Source: an uncultured bacterium (GTDB taxonomy: Bacteria > CSSED10-310 > CAZUFC01). Taken from it: a stretch of 29,958 nt of DNA. Within the stretch, counting starts at the first letter, position 1. Every line of letters starts with the position of its first letter. The stretch lies in contig CAZUFC010000055.1 in assembly GCA_964619725.1 (NCBI GenBank), forward strand, positions 22,061-52,018, in the 5' to 3' direction. Shown here piece after piece: positions 29,000 to 29,958 of this stretch. The translations under genes and the position numbers were made by a program. The notes under the pieces were generated by a model. It saw only the letters and a list, made by a program, of their open reading frames with translations, was not told the origin of the DNA and ran no database searches.

Positions 29000-29587
29000 A
29001 TGAAATATCCAAAAGTGACGATCACAGCAGAAATGATCAATAAAGCTGAAAATTTGATATCGGCAACCAGGATAAACCGGACAAAAGCGTCAGAAATCGA
29101 TACGATTACCGGCATATTAGGCGAATTCGTTTTCGCGCAATATCTGTACGGCGACTGGAGACGCAACCAGGTCGGCAGGAACAAAGGCGATCTGGACTTC
29201 GAAGACATCGAGATCAAGGCTTCCGCATTCCCTTTCAGCAGAAATTTGAACCTCCTGGTGAGAGAGGATTATGCCCGGAAACGCAAACCGCCGTTTTACA
29301 TTCAGATCATAATAGATACTAGAACAAGAAATGCTGATGCAATACCTGCAGGAACAAAAGCATACATCTGCGGCTGGACCACATCGGAACATGTCGATAA
29401 CGCGCCCAAAAAGGATTTCGGTTCAAAATACGGAACCAGAGGCGGGTACAAGTGTCATTACATCAACATAACGCAGCTTAACCCCATGGAAACGTTCAAA
29501 GAATCACTCGCCTTGTATCAATCAACGAAAAAACAGCCGTCTTTCCTGGATAAATTAAAAGTAATCTGGGAAAAACTGGCGGAATGA
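29000..29587 (+). CDS. Hypothetical protein, putative PD-(D/E)xK restriction-endonuclease-like fold
   Basis: GILGE...GDLDF..IEIKAS pattern (E...D...ExK) and YICGW. ATG 29000 has GGAAG upstream; alternative start 28952. Confidence 0.6.
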   Translation: MKYPKVTITAEMINKAENLISATRINRTKASEIDTITGILGEFVFAQYLYGDWRRNQVGRNKGDLDFEDIEIKASAFPFSRNLNLLVREDYARKRKPPFYIQIIIDTRTRNADAIPAGTKAYICGWTTSEHVDNAPKKDFGSKYGTRGGYKCHYINITQLNPMETFKESLALYQSTKKQPSFLDKLKVIWEKLAE

Positions 29588-29604
29588 AAAAAGACTTATC
29601 GGCC

Positions 29605-29958
29605 GGGTATCGTTATGGTTGGCCATTTTACCTGACTGGGCTGTTCGTATGCGTCGGGGTGTTCAGAATCGTCAATCGTCAATCGTCAATTGCCAACGAC
29701 TGCAGACCGGTATACGTTGGCCATTGACCATTGACCATTGGCCATTATATGCGGTTTGTCTTCTCGGAAACGTTTGGGTGTTCAGAATTGTCAATTGTCA
29801 ATCGTCAATTGTCAATTGCCAACGACTGCAGACAGGAATACGTTGGCCATTGACTATTGGCTATTGACCATTGGCCATTATATGCGGTTTGTCTTCTCGG
29901 AAGCGTTTGGGTGTTCAGAATTGTCAATCGTCAACTTCCAATAGTCAATTGCCAATGA
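29605..29958. repeat. Tandem array of the same heptamer-built palindromic family as 1-352, in inverted orientation (cut by the window end)
   Basis: Hairpins start at 29667, 29786 and 29919 (periods 119 and 133) and match the reverse complement of the left units; a degenerate partial unit lies at 29605-29666. Confidence 0.96.

Noticed and set aside
29691-29722. Integron attC-like AAC...GTT pairing
   Set aside because: It lies next to the loop instead of at the stem base, does not fit RYYYAAC/GTTRRRY, and there are no cassette ORFs between units or an integrase in the window.

Overview
Chromosomal segment from a diderm, LPS-making, probably anaerobic or microaerobic bacterium; almost all genes are on the - strand. 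Read in the direction of transcription it holds fprA, a partial type II secretion cluster (gspC-D-E, then a DUF6544/DUF6920-like gene and pirin, then gspF-G), an AbiEii-type toxin-antitoxin pair on the + strand, a NifU-C protein, a tetraheme cytochrome c, and an envelope cluster (lnt, prfB with its +1 frameshift, lolC/E, lolD, clpC, bamA, skp, lpxD, lpxA, gnnA-like), followed by DUF362 and MBL-fold genes. The most unusual signal is non-coding. Both window ends carry tandem arrays of one 119-133 bp repeat family. Each unit is a long imperfect hairpin built from 7-bp modules, with equal module numbers in the two arms (4+4 or 5+5). Both arrays begin just after a stop codon, in the same orientation relative to transcription, and the right array directly follows an orphan PD-(D/E)xK-like nuclease gene. 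A second repeat family with a variable hexamer tract flanks the NifU gene. All family assignments are from motif recognition, not database searches.
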